Assembly (NCBI RefSeq): GCF_001194135.2 | Contig: NC_068987.1 | Location: 81,221,635 to 81,285,634, forward strand | DNA from: Octopus bimaculoides | Taxonomy: Eukaryota | Length of the DNA stretch: 64,000 bases | Direction: 5' to 3' | Shown here: positions 26,241 to 38,785 of the stretch, one piece after another | How the letters are laid out: each line of letters begins with the position of its first letter | Position numbering within the stretch: position 1 is the first letter of the stretch | Made by a program: the position numbers and the translations under genes | Notes under the pieces: generated by a model | What the model was told of the DNA's origin: nothing | Seen by the model: only the letters and a program-made list of their open reading frames with translations | The model's database searches: none

Positions 26241-28633
26241 ATTTGTAATGTTCTAATCACATTTTATTCTACTTCAGTTTGTTATTGCCATACATTAAAT
26301 ATTCTGAGATCCATTATAATCAGAATTATTTAATTTCTAAACATACTATTTTTCTATATCAAAATACATTTCCATTTTTTCAGTTATTTGTTTGCTGGCT
26401 CTCTCAAGCTATGACATTTCTTTACTTCACTCATGATGATGATGACAAAAAAAGGTGGAAACAACTATTCAGAGTTGTGTTTCATACTTGTTGCGACCAG
26501 TTTTATTTTTTTCTTGATATATATTTGCTCCATGCATTAAATACCTGAAACATATCCACTTAAGATTCAAAGTTGAGTATTCTGCTTGAAAAGATGCAGA
26601 GCTGCAATAAATGCAAATTTATCGAAGTCATTAATCAATTTAGTTTAGAATATTTTCTTCTAACTTAACAAGAATTGTAATGAAGATGTTAACATTTGGG
26701 GGGCTTAATGTTTGAGTTTTATTCATTTATTAGAAATGTAACATCAAAGTTACATGCTTTATTCGGTTTCTAGTTCTGCAGATGACTGATTATATACTCA
26801 CTTAAAATGATAATGCTAACTTTCTGAAAAATAAGATAAGATAAATCACTGTAATGTACTGGCTATATGGAGGAGACAGGTGGCAAGTGTTATAAATGAG
26901 AAAGAGAGTGAAAGACAGAAGCAATCATTGTAATTGTCTAGCTTAAAATGATTAATGGCTTAATGTCCTAATAGCCTACATTGAAACTGTAAGCTAAATA
27001 TGACAAAAAAGTGAAGTGTTTTGAAATGATCTGATAGAATTGAGTAACTTTTATGCAAAAAAAATTGAAAGAGGCTGTGTAGTAACCAAGTATTGTATTC
27101 TATGGGTTCATTCAACCCATCTGAGCATTAGAAATGCAATTTGTGATTACAATTGTAATAGCACATGCTAAAGAATTTTGATTTGGTTAGTCTTTTTGAA
27201 TACCAAAGATGAATGTGTATCAAAGCTATATAGATGGATAAATCCGTTGCATACCATTTTAGTTACATTTCAGTCAAAATAGGGTGATGGAATGGCAGAT
27301 ATACTAGAATACTTAACTAAATGTCCACCTTGATTTCATAAAAGAATTACCAGTTGTACACTGAGGCTGATTCTATTGATTATTCCTTACCTATATATTT
27401 GTATTCCTTACCTGTATATTTTATAGTAATGTAAATAAAATTAAAGATAGCTTTGGTTGGTACATGCTACAATTTGTAATTACTGAAGAGATTGTATAAA
27501 CATAAAGTTATGTATATACACACACACACATTGATGCACAACAATTATAACTATGATGATACATACAATTATACTTAGAAAATGATAAAATACTTATAAA
27601 ATCTGACAAAATATACTAGAAAATATCAACAAAAACATTGTTTAATATTAGAAATAATAACAACATTAAGAACTCTTTTATGTTGGCTTATATTAAAATA
27701 TCATCAAACAGATGAACTGGTTCATATCTGCACCTGAAAATGTTTATCAACTTATTGAACTAATTTATAACTTTGAAAATTGATGTTTTATTTTTTCACT
27801 TTTTTGATTACATAAAATAGACAAAATATTGTAAAATTAAGAATTTATTATACACTGATGTATGCAGATTAGTGTTCTTGGTTGTTATAATCACAAACCT
27901 TTCTATATATTTTTAGTTTTTAGATATTTAACAGTTTTAGCAATTATATAATTTTTATACATATGGTAACTGTTAATAATGCATATTTGAAAAGCAGGAA
28001 ATATTTTATAATTGCTTCACAGTATATCAAAATGTGAATTAATTAACGCTGAATGTATGAAATCTTTACACTTTGTTATTAGAAATTAAATGGAATTTCT
28101 CCAAACTTGAACCAAGGAATAAATATAGCCCAAAATAATATTTGATCCAAGTTATTTGGAATATATTCTAATTTGTATTACTTTTACTAAAAATAAAATG
28201 CTTTATGAATAAAAATGATGAGAGGCTTGATTTTTAAATTTAGTTTCTTGTTCACGAAATGTAATTAATAGGTATAATTCAGTAAGTTTAATATTATCAT
28301 CTATAAATTAAAATATTGGAAAAATGTATCAAATTATATGAAAGAAATTATGAATGCTTTTATGAACTGATATGTTGCTCATGCTCATCAGTTTGTAACT
28401 GTGCATTTTGATGTATGTCAACTTTTTACTATTTCCTCTATTGTAGCCAATTATATTTGGCAAGGAAATATTCATCTCAAGTTGTAAGTGAAATTAGCCA
28501 CACATGCCAAAGTGAATTTCAGTGTAGGTGAAAGATCAAGAAATTATTAATCTACTTGCCAAAATTACTAAATTAAGCAGTTGTTATTTTACTTACACTG
28601 TACTGCTAGATAAGTGAATTTTATTTAAACTTT

Positions 28634-28760
<127 letters not shown>

Positions 28761-30264
28761 TATATATATACTAAATCTCTTTTGCATACTGAAATATAAA
28801 ACAGTAATTTACTTTTCTTTGAAGCAAAGAGCAAGCATTACTTTATTTTTGAATGGCATTTTCAACATATTAATAAATCTATAGTTGCAGATAACTGGTG
28901 CCAAAAGAAAGAAAAGTAAAAGGAAAAAAAAAACTAGTTACCATAAATCAGCATCAATTGAAAGAGAATAAAAATTGCTGATATATATTTATTTTTTGAA
29001 AATTAATTGAAATAAAACTTCATAGACACTTTCTGGAGAAATTAAGGCTCAACTATAATTCAAATGCAATTTGATTGTAGAGAGAAAAGTGACGTTAAAA
29101 ATATTTTTATTAGTTGGAAAATATTACCTAATTTGATTCTTGTAGTTCAGTATTTACCATTTAGTTTTGCCTTGTATAGAAATGACTAAATCAATGATGT
29201 TAGGTTATTGTTCTATTTTTGTGCACTGTTAACACAAAGTATTTGCAGCAGTTACTCATAATCATTTTAGTTTCCCTTTTGCCTCATCTCCTTAAAGTAA
29301 ACCAGCCACATCTGGTTGACTTGGCAAAAATTTGGTGAAGTTATTACTAGCCAACTGAGACATTCTCTTCTAATACTCTGTTGATGCATTCTGCTTCTCT
29401 AACTAGCAATCTGTGTACCATTTCTGCCCCAGATCATTCAATGTAAGCATCATCATCCCTACTAAATCACCAAATCCTACACTAAACACTTTGCACAAAC
29501 ATTTTTCTGGAATTCCTTTCCGGCCCAAAATTTCCCTGAGGTACCAACATACAGAATGCCAGCATGATCATCAACCACATTAATGTTACCTGCAAAAGTT
29601 ATTAGTACTTCTCCTCCTTTGACTAAACATAATGATTATGTATGCATGCATGCACAAATGTGCATGCATGCACACATTCACCACATGCACAAACGTACAT
29701 GCTTGAATACTCATATGTATGCTTGTGTGTGCAAGCATAGAGATTTATATTTACTGATAAAGTGAAAAAATAAAGTGAAATGTATGCTGTAAATAATGAA
29801 AAAAAATGTTAAAAATATACACAGACATTGATTGTAATATTAAAAGTGCTGCTATATGAAGCCTGACATATGGTGTTTGATTTACTTTCAATGTTTGAGA
29901 GACTATGATTTATACATACATAAGATAAGAAGCAAAGTTAACCTCAAAATAACTAAATATTAGAATTGCATCAGTTAGCAATAAGAGGAAATTCAGAAAA
30001 ATCATTTTAGAAGCAATGCAGTAGACTCATAAAGTAGCAAGTCTTTGACATAATATCTGTCAACAAGAATTGGTTACTAGGAAGGTTGTCAAGTTGATGA
30101 TAACAAATCTTCTCTAAAATAAATTCAACAGTTATTGAAAGGACAATAAATTTGAAGCATCCTTCAAATGTACTGGAAGGGTTCATTATGAAACATTAAG
30201 TATTTACAAATGTTGCCTTGTTGTCCATGTAAAATTATTAACAATAGTGATTGGAATGTCTAAT

Positions 30265-30291
30265 GTGCACACACACACACACACACACACA

Positions 30292-30328
<37 letters not shown>
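30265..30328. repeat. (CA)n microsatellite
   Basis: Directly visible. Confidence 0.98.
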
Positions 30329-30329
<1 letters not shown>

Positions 30330-30779
30330 AATCTAATAATATGCTTGCAATTATTGTCATGGTTAAGAGAGCCAAAAGGAAAATTTACAAAGATCATAAG
30401 AGAAACAATTAAAGAAGAAAAGTTGGTGTAGTAACATCACTGTCACTTTGTACAACTGCAAAACATAGACTACAGACCCTGAAATAAATAGAAGTGTCAA
30501 TTCAAAGTAAAAGAAGCAAAGTGAAGAAGAATTAGGTTGGGCAATGAAATCATGACAACAAAATTTCATAGATCCATAAGGGATCCTGATTCATTAAAAA
30601 TACTGCATGGGAGATACATTTAACTCATGCCATGATAGATCAATAACTTTGTATTGATAGAATATTGGCCAACACATTTAAAATCAAACGAAAATAGAAT
30701 ATTTAACAATTAGGTACTGTTTCTTTAAAATAGTTATTTTGTGTTTATTTTTCAAAAATGAAGGAATAACTAAAAAATG

Positions 30780-31258
30780 GTTTGTAGGTGTGGGTGTGTA
30801 ATAAAAAGCTTGCTTCCAACCACATGAGTCTGGGTTCAGTCCCTCTGCAGAGTACCTTGGGAAAGTGACTTCTACTAAAGCCACAAATCAAGCAAAGCCT
30901 TGTGAGTTGATTTTGTAGATGGAAAATGAAAGAAGCCCATCCTATATATATATATATGAGATCGTTGCCAGTGCCCCCGGACTGGCCCTTGTGCAGGTGG
31001 CACGTAAAATACATCATTTTGAGCATGGCCATTGCCAGTACCCGCCTGACTGGCCCTCGTGCCAGTGACACATAAAAGCACCCACTACACTCTCGGAGTG
31101 GTTGGCGTTAGGAAGGGCAGCCAGCTGTAGAAACTCTGCCAGATCAGATTGGAGCCTAGTGCAGCCATCTGGCTCGCCAGTCCTCAATCAAACCGTCCAA
31201 CCCATTCCAGCATGGAAAGCGGACGTTAAACAGTGATGATGATGATGATGATGATGAC
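30780..31258 (+). mobile_element. Composite SINE: family B head, (TA)n, about 60-bp internal repeats and RTE-type tail
   Basis: Head gcttgcttccaaccacatgagtctgggttcagtccc...accttgggaaagtgacttctact; two copies of ttgccagt...gactggccc.tgtgc; tail cactacactctcggagtggttggcgttaggaagggc...catggaaagcggacgttaaac(gat)n. Confidence 0.85.
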
Positions 31259-31291
31259 ATATATATATATAAGTATATACAAATATATACA

Positions 31292-31323
<32 letters not shown>

Positions 31324-31597
31324 TGTATATATATTTCTTTTAGGTATGTTATTTCCAGAGTAATATGAATATTATAGTCATTACTTCTATTTTTACTTGC
31401 TATAGTTTGCAACTGATTTATTTACATATCATTTGACTTGGATTCAAATCAAAAATAATTTATTTCTAGAGATTTACTTCAGAAGAATAAGTAGATAAGA
31501 ATGCTGAAATTTTGTATGTTTGTTCTCTTTAGCCTCACCATGAAAAATTATATGAACTGTAGATAAACTCTTCTGACTTTGAGGTTGAGAACTATAT

Positions 31598-31748
31598 AAC
31601 GGTTTCTAATTTAGGCACAAGGGGAGTGGTAATTTATCCTATTAACCCCAAAATAATGAAAGATGAAGTTGATCTCAGCAAGATTTGAACTTAAGATGTA
31701 AGGCAGCTGGAGAAATGCCACAAGGCATTTTTTCTGGAATGTCACCAA
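31598..31748 (-). mobile_element. Degenerate SINE, family A
   Basis: ggtttctaatttaggcacaagg...gatgaagttgatctcagcaagatttgaac. Confidence 0.55.
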
Positions 31749-32239
31749 GCATTTATCTTTAAAAAACATGGATATGCGAGTCTTGTTTGTAATGCTTGAT
31801 GTGTGTTGTTTGCAGTGGGAACAGGGGCAGTTTTCTCTATGAAGGCCTTTTTAGTCTATCCACTTTACAACCATTAAGGTCGATAGGGAAAAATTTATCT
31901 GTGCATGAAAGAAAACGGAAAGGACCTGCATGCACTGCTGTTAACAGGTTTAACAATATCATTGCACACAAAAATGTGAGTCCAAGAAGAAAAACTTCTT
32001 CATGGCAGAGCTAGAAATGCAATTGTCAAGTAGGTAAGCAGTTTTAAATAGCAGTGATATATTCAAAATTGGTAAAACTAAAAATTGTGAAGGATAAATC
32101 AAATTTATTATTGTTACTAAATACATTAGGGTTATTTAATTTCTGAATGGTTTTGTTGCCATTTGTCTATGTAGTTTGATTTCTTTATCCGTTAGTTTCT
32201 ACTAAGATAGAGGCACAAGTTAAATTAATAATAGAGAAA

Positions 32240-32575
32240 CAAAAATAAAACTTTGGAAACAGCAATGCCACCATAACTTACGTGGAAACTATGAGCATGC
32301 TTTCAAGGGAGATAATCAGAGAAAAACTTGAAAGTCGATGTAAGATCGTATTACTTCATGTAAACTAAAGTAAATATAACAAATAATCCAGAATCCTTGT
32401 CTGGTAGCAAATCGATCCCAAAATCTAATCAGTTTGTGCCAATCATGAGGCCAAATATCCCTGAAAGTTTCATCCAAATCCATCCAGCGGTTCTTGAGAT
32501 ATCTTGCCCACAGACAAACGAACAAACAAACACGACTGAAAACAATACTTCTGCCTTTGCTAAGGTGGAGGTAAT
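32240..32575 (+). mobile_element. Helentron/DINE-1-like non-autonomous element
   Basis: aaagtttcatccaaatccatccagcggttcttgagatatcttg, a (acaa)n microsatellite, and a 3' hairpin ctgcctt-tgct-aaggtggag followed by gtaataa; this layout matches HINE/DINE-1 elements. 5' boundary uncertain. Confidence 0.6.
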
Positions 32576-33020
32576 AATAATCCTTTCTGCTATAGGCACA
32601 AGGCCTGAAATTTTTGGGGAAGAGGATAATAAATTACATCGGCCCTAGTGCTCAACAGGTACTTATTTTATTGACCCTGAAAATATGAAAGGCAAAGTTG
32701 ACCTCGGCAGAATTTGAAACCACAACATAGATGAAATGTCTCCAAGCATCTTGCCTGGAGTGCTAATGATCCTGTCAGCTCACCACCTTCACAATAATAA
32801 TAATAATCCTTTCTACTATAAGCACAAGGCTGAAATTTGGGAGAAGGGAACTAGTTGGTTACATTGACCCCAGTGTTTCACTGATACTTCATTTATCGAC
32901 TCCAAAAGGGTGAAAGGCAAAGTTGACCTTGGTAGAATTTGAACTCAGATGGTAAGGATAGACAAAATGCTACTAAGCATTTCACCTGGCATGCTAACAA
33001 TTTTGCCAGCTTGCCACCTT
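32572..33020 (-). mobile_element. Two tandem family A SINEs (ataggcacaagg tail subtype) separated by (AAT)n
   Basis: Both contain gaaaggcaaagttgacc.cgg.agaatttgaa and the head gccagcttgccacc / tcagctcaccacc. Confidence 0.88.
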
Positions 33021-33056
33021 AATAATAATAATAATAATAATAATGATGATGATGAT

Positions 33057-33577
33057 AAACAACATACCAACATACACCAGGAAAGGTAATGGACGAAAAG
33101 GAAAAGGCAAAAATCCTCTGGGACTTTCACTTCCAGACAGACAAGGTGTTAGAGCACTGAAGGCCAGATATAGTAACCTTTAGGAGGGACAATCAAGAGT
33201 GCTTAATAATTGACGTAGCAGTGCCAGGAGATCAACATATCATGAAAGAAAGAGAAAAGGTTGATAGATATGGAGGCCTGAGAATTGAGATCACTAAGAT
33301 GTGGCAGCTACAAGAGTCAAACATAAAGGTCACTCCTATTGTCATTGGAACATTGGGTTCAATATCACTCAATCTGAAAAAACATCTGAAAACCTGAGAA
33401 AATACCCTACAATTTAGATGTATTGCAAAAGTTGGCATTACTTGGAACTGCACACATATTACATAAAATACAGCCTGTCTGAAGTCCTTGTTGTGAGTTG
33501 ATAAACAGTACAAACCCAGGGTAGACACAATATTTTCAATCAATGACATATCACGATATTGGATACTGTGCGACGTG

Positions 33578-33617
<40 letters not shown>
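33057..33617 (+). mobile_element. 5'-truncated R4/Dong-type non-LTR retrotransposon (RLE domain, 3'UTR, (AAT)n tail)
   Basis: A single frame reads HTPGKVMDEKEKAKILWDFHFQTDKVLEH*RPDIVTF...LIIDVAVPGD...KEREKVDRY...VTPIVIGTLG...LQKLALLGTAHIL; PD-(D/E)xK restriction-like endonuclease signature with two in-frame stops. Confidence 0.85.
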
Positions 33618-34489
33618 GCTTTTTTGTTTATTGTTTTTCATATAAATGAAGGCTATGTACTCCTCTACAAAAGCTACTATTTAAACTAGAACATAAGAGC
33701 ATCTAAATATTTAAGATCAAGAAAATGTTTATTAATTGTACATAAAAGAAAGGCTTCAGTTTATAATGAACAAACACAATGTGTTGACAGTTGTTATTTC
33801 TAGATCATTCCTGATCAATCAGGCTTATGATCAGAAGCAATTCACTATAACCATCCTGTTGTTTTTCTAGTGGAATTTAGGTCTTAATGATTCATTGTCC
33901 ATTCTTTATTTAAACAGTAGGATGTGATTTGTCTGCTATTTCTAGCAAATCAGAGGTTACCTAGAAGTTCTGTTGTTTTATAAGCTGTTGATTAATAGTT
34001 CTAAAGGCAGAGATTGGTCAATGATATTATCTGGGGTGCGTGCTTAAAAACAGCTTTAGAAAATATTGACATGGAAGTAATGGATAAAGGACTGAGAAAC
34101 TGAAGGCATTATAGCAGAAGCCACTTCAAATCTGTGAATTTTATTATTTGCTTATTTTGTTTATTCATGAGAGTATGAAATGAATTTCATTCACATGGCT
34201 TGCACACACACACGCAGATACATATGCAAAAACGCATACATACACAAGCATCCACCACATTCATATTTAATTTTAAAAAAAGAATAAAAATAAAACACTT
34301 GTTATAATTTGAACTATAATCTCAAACTTTCAATTTCCAGTTAATTTTCCTGGTTAATGAGTCATTCCAATTTGATGATCATCATGCATAATCTATGTTT
34401 CACTTTCCTTCTTAATCTTTATTAGTTTTCTTTCCTCATTGTCCATGTTTTTTTCTGAGGGACATCATTAGATTTCTAGTATGTAACTT

Positions 34490-34540
<51 letters not shown>

Positions 34541-34689
34541 NNNNNNNNNNNNNNNNNNNNNNNNNNNNNNNNNNNNNNNNNNNNNNNNNNNNNNNNNNNN
34601 NNNNNNNNNNNNNNNNNNNNNNNNNNNNNNNNNNNNNNNNNNNNNNNNNNNNNNNNNNNNNNNNNNNNNNNNNNNNNNNNNNNNNNNNN
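34541..34689. other. Assembly gap after (CA)n
   Basis: Run of N. Confidence 1.
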
Positions 34690-35989
34690 AAAAATTTGCA
34701 TATGTTCTCATTCATTCATTAAGATTTCATATATTTGCAAAATTTTCAAATTACCATCTTTTGCTAAATATTTCTTCTGGTTTGAGATATTAATCTTCAG
34801 ACTTAAAGAATTTGTTAGTTTTCAAGTCTTTATATTAAAGATATTACGAATTAGAATATGAATACTGATAAAATACACAATAGAAATTATTCACATTACA
34901 TGAAAATGAAGAAATATTTTTTAGAATATTTTTCTATAAAAATTTTAATTTTAAAAGTTACCACATATAATGTGCAAATATGCATGCATAAAGTTTCCTA
35001 CACACACGCACACATCAGTTTATACACAAATAATTTATGAATGACTTCTTTTAATGTTATAGTTTGGAACCTTTATTTAATTGTAACCTTAGTGTGTATT
35101 CATGTAAGTGAAATGTTCTACATTTCTAAAGATTTCTAAATGTTAATGTTATAACATATTTTATATTTAGTGTTTGTATGAGAAAAAGAAGTGGGTTAAT
35201 ATTAGAGTTTATATTTAAGACTCACCTCTTTTGTATTTCAAAGGCTTAAGCTTTTCATTAAAGTATTTTCCCCTTATTTTTCACAAGATTTTATGTATAA
35301 ATTTAGTGCGTTATTTTGAGGTTTTAAAGCATTCTCTTATACTGAGAAGAGTATGTCCTTTCATCACATTCCATGGTATGCTATTTTCTCATTTCAAATC
35401 AGCAAACTCAATACGGATTTGGAAAGAAATGTAAATTATGCACACAAAAAACACATAAAAAAAGATTTAAAAAAATAGTTTTCATCAGTTTGTAGTTTTA
35501 CAAAGAAAAGTATAGAATATGTTGAACAAATTGATAACAAGGGTTATGGCACTGAAAGAAATGGATTTATATTTACTCTGTAGGAGCAAACAACAAAACA
35601 ACAGCAACAACAAGAAATCCTTTTGCAAGTTTGACTGAATAACATAGTAACAGTTTAGATATAACAGCTTAGTGGATTCCTTTATTAAAGTTACTATAAT
35701 TCCATGAAATATTTAAATTCATAGAGTTGGAACATTGCATAAGATTGGTATTGTTTTACAGATTGGATGCTCTTCTTATCACCAGCCCCTTTACTATTTG
35801 GGCTGGGTGCATTTTCATACCATCAACATTGTAGAGCTTGCCTCCCAAAAATAAAATGTCTTCTCCACTTTCAGATTAACTCAGAGTTGCTGCTTTCTTA
35901 AATGGGTTGCCTTCACTAGGGCTTAAAGCATTAAAGTCTTGTCTTATTTTCTGCTTACATATCTTATGTTTCTCCACGTAAGTGATCTA

Positions 35990-36230
35990 AATTCATTTGG
36001 CCATTCTGGAATGGCCAAATGAAGAGGTCTAGTAAGTCCAAGATGGTTACTGGAAGATGGGGTGCTATTGGTCAAGGAGGGTCACATGGTGTTATGGTGA
36101 ATAATGTCACTTGGTAAACGACAACAGTTCCATCAGAAAAGGGAGTTACTATTACTGCATGGTTGGAGAGGAAACTGGCACTATCAGTGTGTCTGGATAT
36201 GGCATCAGTAAGGCTGATGAGTATATGTTT
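35990..36230 (-). mobile_element. CR1/L2-type endonuclease fragment
   Basis: Minus-strand QVTLFTITPCDPP*...TILDLLDLF resembles the APE motif QIVxxPTR...LDLFL. Confidence 0.4.
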
Positions 36231-36274
36231 GTGTCTATGTCTGTGCATGCATATATGCACTTGTGTGTGTGTGT

Positions 36275-36495
36275 GTGTTTTTGTGTCTGTGTTTGTCCCC
36301 CCTCACCACTTGACAACTAGTGGTGTGTTTACATCCCTGTAACATAGTGGTTCAGCAAAGAGACTGATAAAATAAAGACCAGACTTAAAAAAAAAAAAGT
36401 ACTGGAGTCATTTCATTTGACTAAAAATAATTTCAAGGCGGTGCCTCAACATGGCCCCAGTCTAATGACTGTAATGAGTGAAAGAGATAAAAGTT
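36275..36495 (+). mobile_element. SINE family B tail (type 1)
   Basis: gtgtctgtgtttgtccccc...gtgtttacatccctgtaac...ggcggtgcctcaacatggcc. Confidence 0.75.
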
Positions 36496-36799
36496 ATATA
36501 AACAGGAAAGATGACAAGACTGTGATTCAATCAGTGAAATGGCTATGCTTATTATGCAAAAAGGATAAAAATTCCACACAGTTTACCCTGAAGCAGAATT
36601 AGTGAATTGAAACTTTAATTGTTTTAAGTGTACAGTAGTAATGAGCTCTCAGGGCACCAGTAAACTAAACTTCTTGTTTTTCTCAGTAGGGCAATGGTGT
36701 ACTGAGAGTATAGTGGCTAGAATCAAAATAGAATGGGAAAAGTTCAGGAAGTTCAGGGAACTGACAACAAGATACTCTCTCTGAGTAAAGACTCATTCA

Positions 36800-37230
36800 T
36801 TTGTATGATGCATCAACAACTCAAATGTGTATGAACTGTGATGCTGCATGATAGTGAGATGTGGGCACAGAATGCATAGCATGTGAAAAGGTTGGATAGA
36901 AATGAAGTGAGAGTGATATGCAAGATGTGTAATATTATTTTGCATGAATAACAGTGCATAGACAAGCTGAGAGAAAATCTGTTTGAGAGGAATAAGCCGT
37001 AGTGACAGCTGCACTGTTATGGACATATAACGTTATGGAAAATGACAGGTGGGTGAAGAAATGTCAGGAGAGTCATATGGAATGAGCCAAACAATGAGGA
37101 TGACCAAGGAAGATGTGAGCAGAAGTGGTGAACATTAGTCTTAGGAAGATAAACCTCTTCCAAATGAAAGCAATGAGTGGCAGGATGCTATGTTGGAGAG
37201 GACTCATCCACCTCGTGTAGTAAATTTAAA
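36800..37230 (+). mobile_element. RTE-clade LINE RT C-terminal fragment
   Basis: MLHDSEMWAQNA at 36841 (cf. MLHGSETWA), followed by sequence homologous to 20440-20780. Confidence 0.65.
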
Positions 37231-37771
37231 ACACATGTAAAAAATTATTTTGATGGTGGCTGGGTGGTTGTGGTAGTGGTAAATCAAGCCAAACTTCAGA
37301 AAAGCCATCTACCATTTCGCTAGTTTGACAGGTTAGAAATTATCATCCTGGGTCATTTTGAAGGTATTCAAGAAACAGGCACTCATTATAAAATTATACC
37401 AGTAGCAGTTATAGACTGTGATAAAGGTCATAATCTTGTTAGGTCTGATGTGTTAAATATATGCAGTACAAGGTTATTCAGCAAGATTAATTGCACCTAG
37501 TACTGAAGATACTTGTATGCCAAAAGATTATGAAGCCAGATTCAAATTGAGAGTAAACATATATCCATCATATTTTGAATCTTGGAAAGTACCAATTCAT
37601 ATTTTTCAACTAGCTATTAAATTTGTAAAAATGATTGAATAGGACATATCAGAACTGATTCCACTTATTGTAGCAATCATAGATTTACAAAACCCAGACA
37701 GAGATTTATGTCTATGGTATTCATGATGGACATGTTAGTCGCAAGATTTGTTTAGACTCTTTTCCTACCTC

Positions 37772-38258
37772 TAATATTGGTTTCAAATTTTGGTACAACA
37801 TCAGCAACTTCAAGAGAGAGGTGGGCACTCAACTTGTACTCATTTTATAAACTCTGAAAGGATGAAAGGTGTTGTGGTGAGAGTACGACACCCTCTGATG
37901 AGAATAGATGGAACCACTACACATAAACAGTAGTAGTCTGACATAGTTGGCAGTTTATAGTTTGGTCTTCAAAGTCCAGGTACAGTTTACAGTTTGAGTT
38001 AGTGTGTTGGAAATATTGATTGTTCATTGCGTTGCGTGTTTGTTACTGCTGCTGTTTCTATTTTGTATTGTTATAACACTGTTACAGTGTATTCTTTATC
38101 TATCATCAGCAATATCAGCCATACTATGATATTGGGAGCATAGGGATATAACAAAAGGTAAAGTCAACCATGGTAAGATTTGAACTTAGTGTGTAAAGGC
38201 AGACAAAATGCTGCGAAGCATTTTGCCCAGTGGGCTTACGATTCTGCCAGCTCACCAC
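37772..38258 (-). mobile_element. Family A SINE split by a solo LTR
   Basis: The left half ends ...gaaaggatgaaagg and the right half resumes aaaggtaaagtcaacc...gatttgaac...ttctgccagctcacc. Confidence 0.85.
37870..38153. mobile_element. Solo LTR (284 bp), TGTT...AACA, 5-bp TSD AAAGG
   Basis: Starts TGTTG at 37870 and ends TAACA at 38153; AAAGG at 37865-37869 and 38154-38158; interrupts an otherwise collinear SINE. Confidence 0.85.
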
Positions 38259-38389
38259 ATTCTCCAGCCTTTAATATTGAATCTGCTTTCCCCATAGTCA
38301 GTGGAATGCTTTTTTTTGTTTTTGCCCAACTTGAAGATTAAATTCAATTAGCTAATCTCTTTGAAGAAATCACTACTTGTAGGCTTGGA

Positions 38390-38527
38390 CTGGCTGTGTG
38401 GTTACTTTGCAGTCACATCATTTGGGGTTGAGTCCTACTGATGGGCACCTTGAGCAAGTGTCTTCTATATAGCCCTTGTGAGTGAATTTGGTAGACAGAA
38501 CTGTGAAGAAGTTCAACTTATTCACAC

Positions 38528-38558
<31 letters not shown>

Positions 38559-38785
38559 CATGCATATATGCATCCTTATGCTTTATTGTATTTGTCTTTG
38601 ATCACTATCATCAGCTAGTGTTGAGTTGTTTATGTCCCCCAAAGCTCAGCAATTTGGCAAAGGAGACAGAGAATGAGAAACATATTTTTTAAAAAAGTGT
38701 TGGGGTCAATTTTAGCTAAATCCTTCAGGACGGTGCCCTAGCATGGCCACAGTCTAATGGCTGAAACAAGTAAAAAATGAAAGAT
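38390..38785 (+). mobile_element. SINE family B, full length (tail type 1)
   Basis: tggctgtgtgg...gggttgagtcctactg...caccttgagcaagtgtcttctatatagcc, then (TG)n, then tail ending ggctgaaacaagtaaaaaatgaaag. Confidence 0.8.

Noticed and set aside
26279-26548. 89-aa + strand ORF containing HDDDDKKRW
   Set aside because: T-rich composition with a (GAT)n microsatellite core, no ATG start and no recognisable homology.
30960-31075. Short spaced repeats that superficially resemble a CRISPR array
   Set aside because: Only two degenerate units inside a SINE in eukaryotic DNA; no unique spacers and no cas genes.
33232-33549. 105-aa minus-strand ORF
   Set aside because: Antisense to the RLE frame of the Dong-like element.
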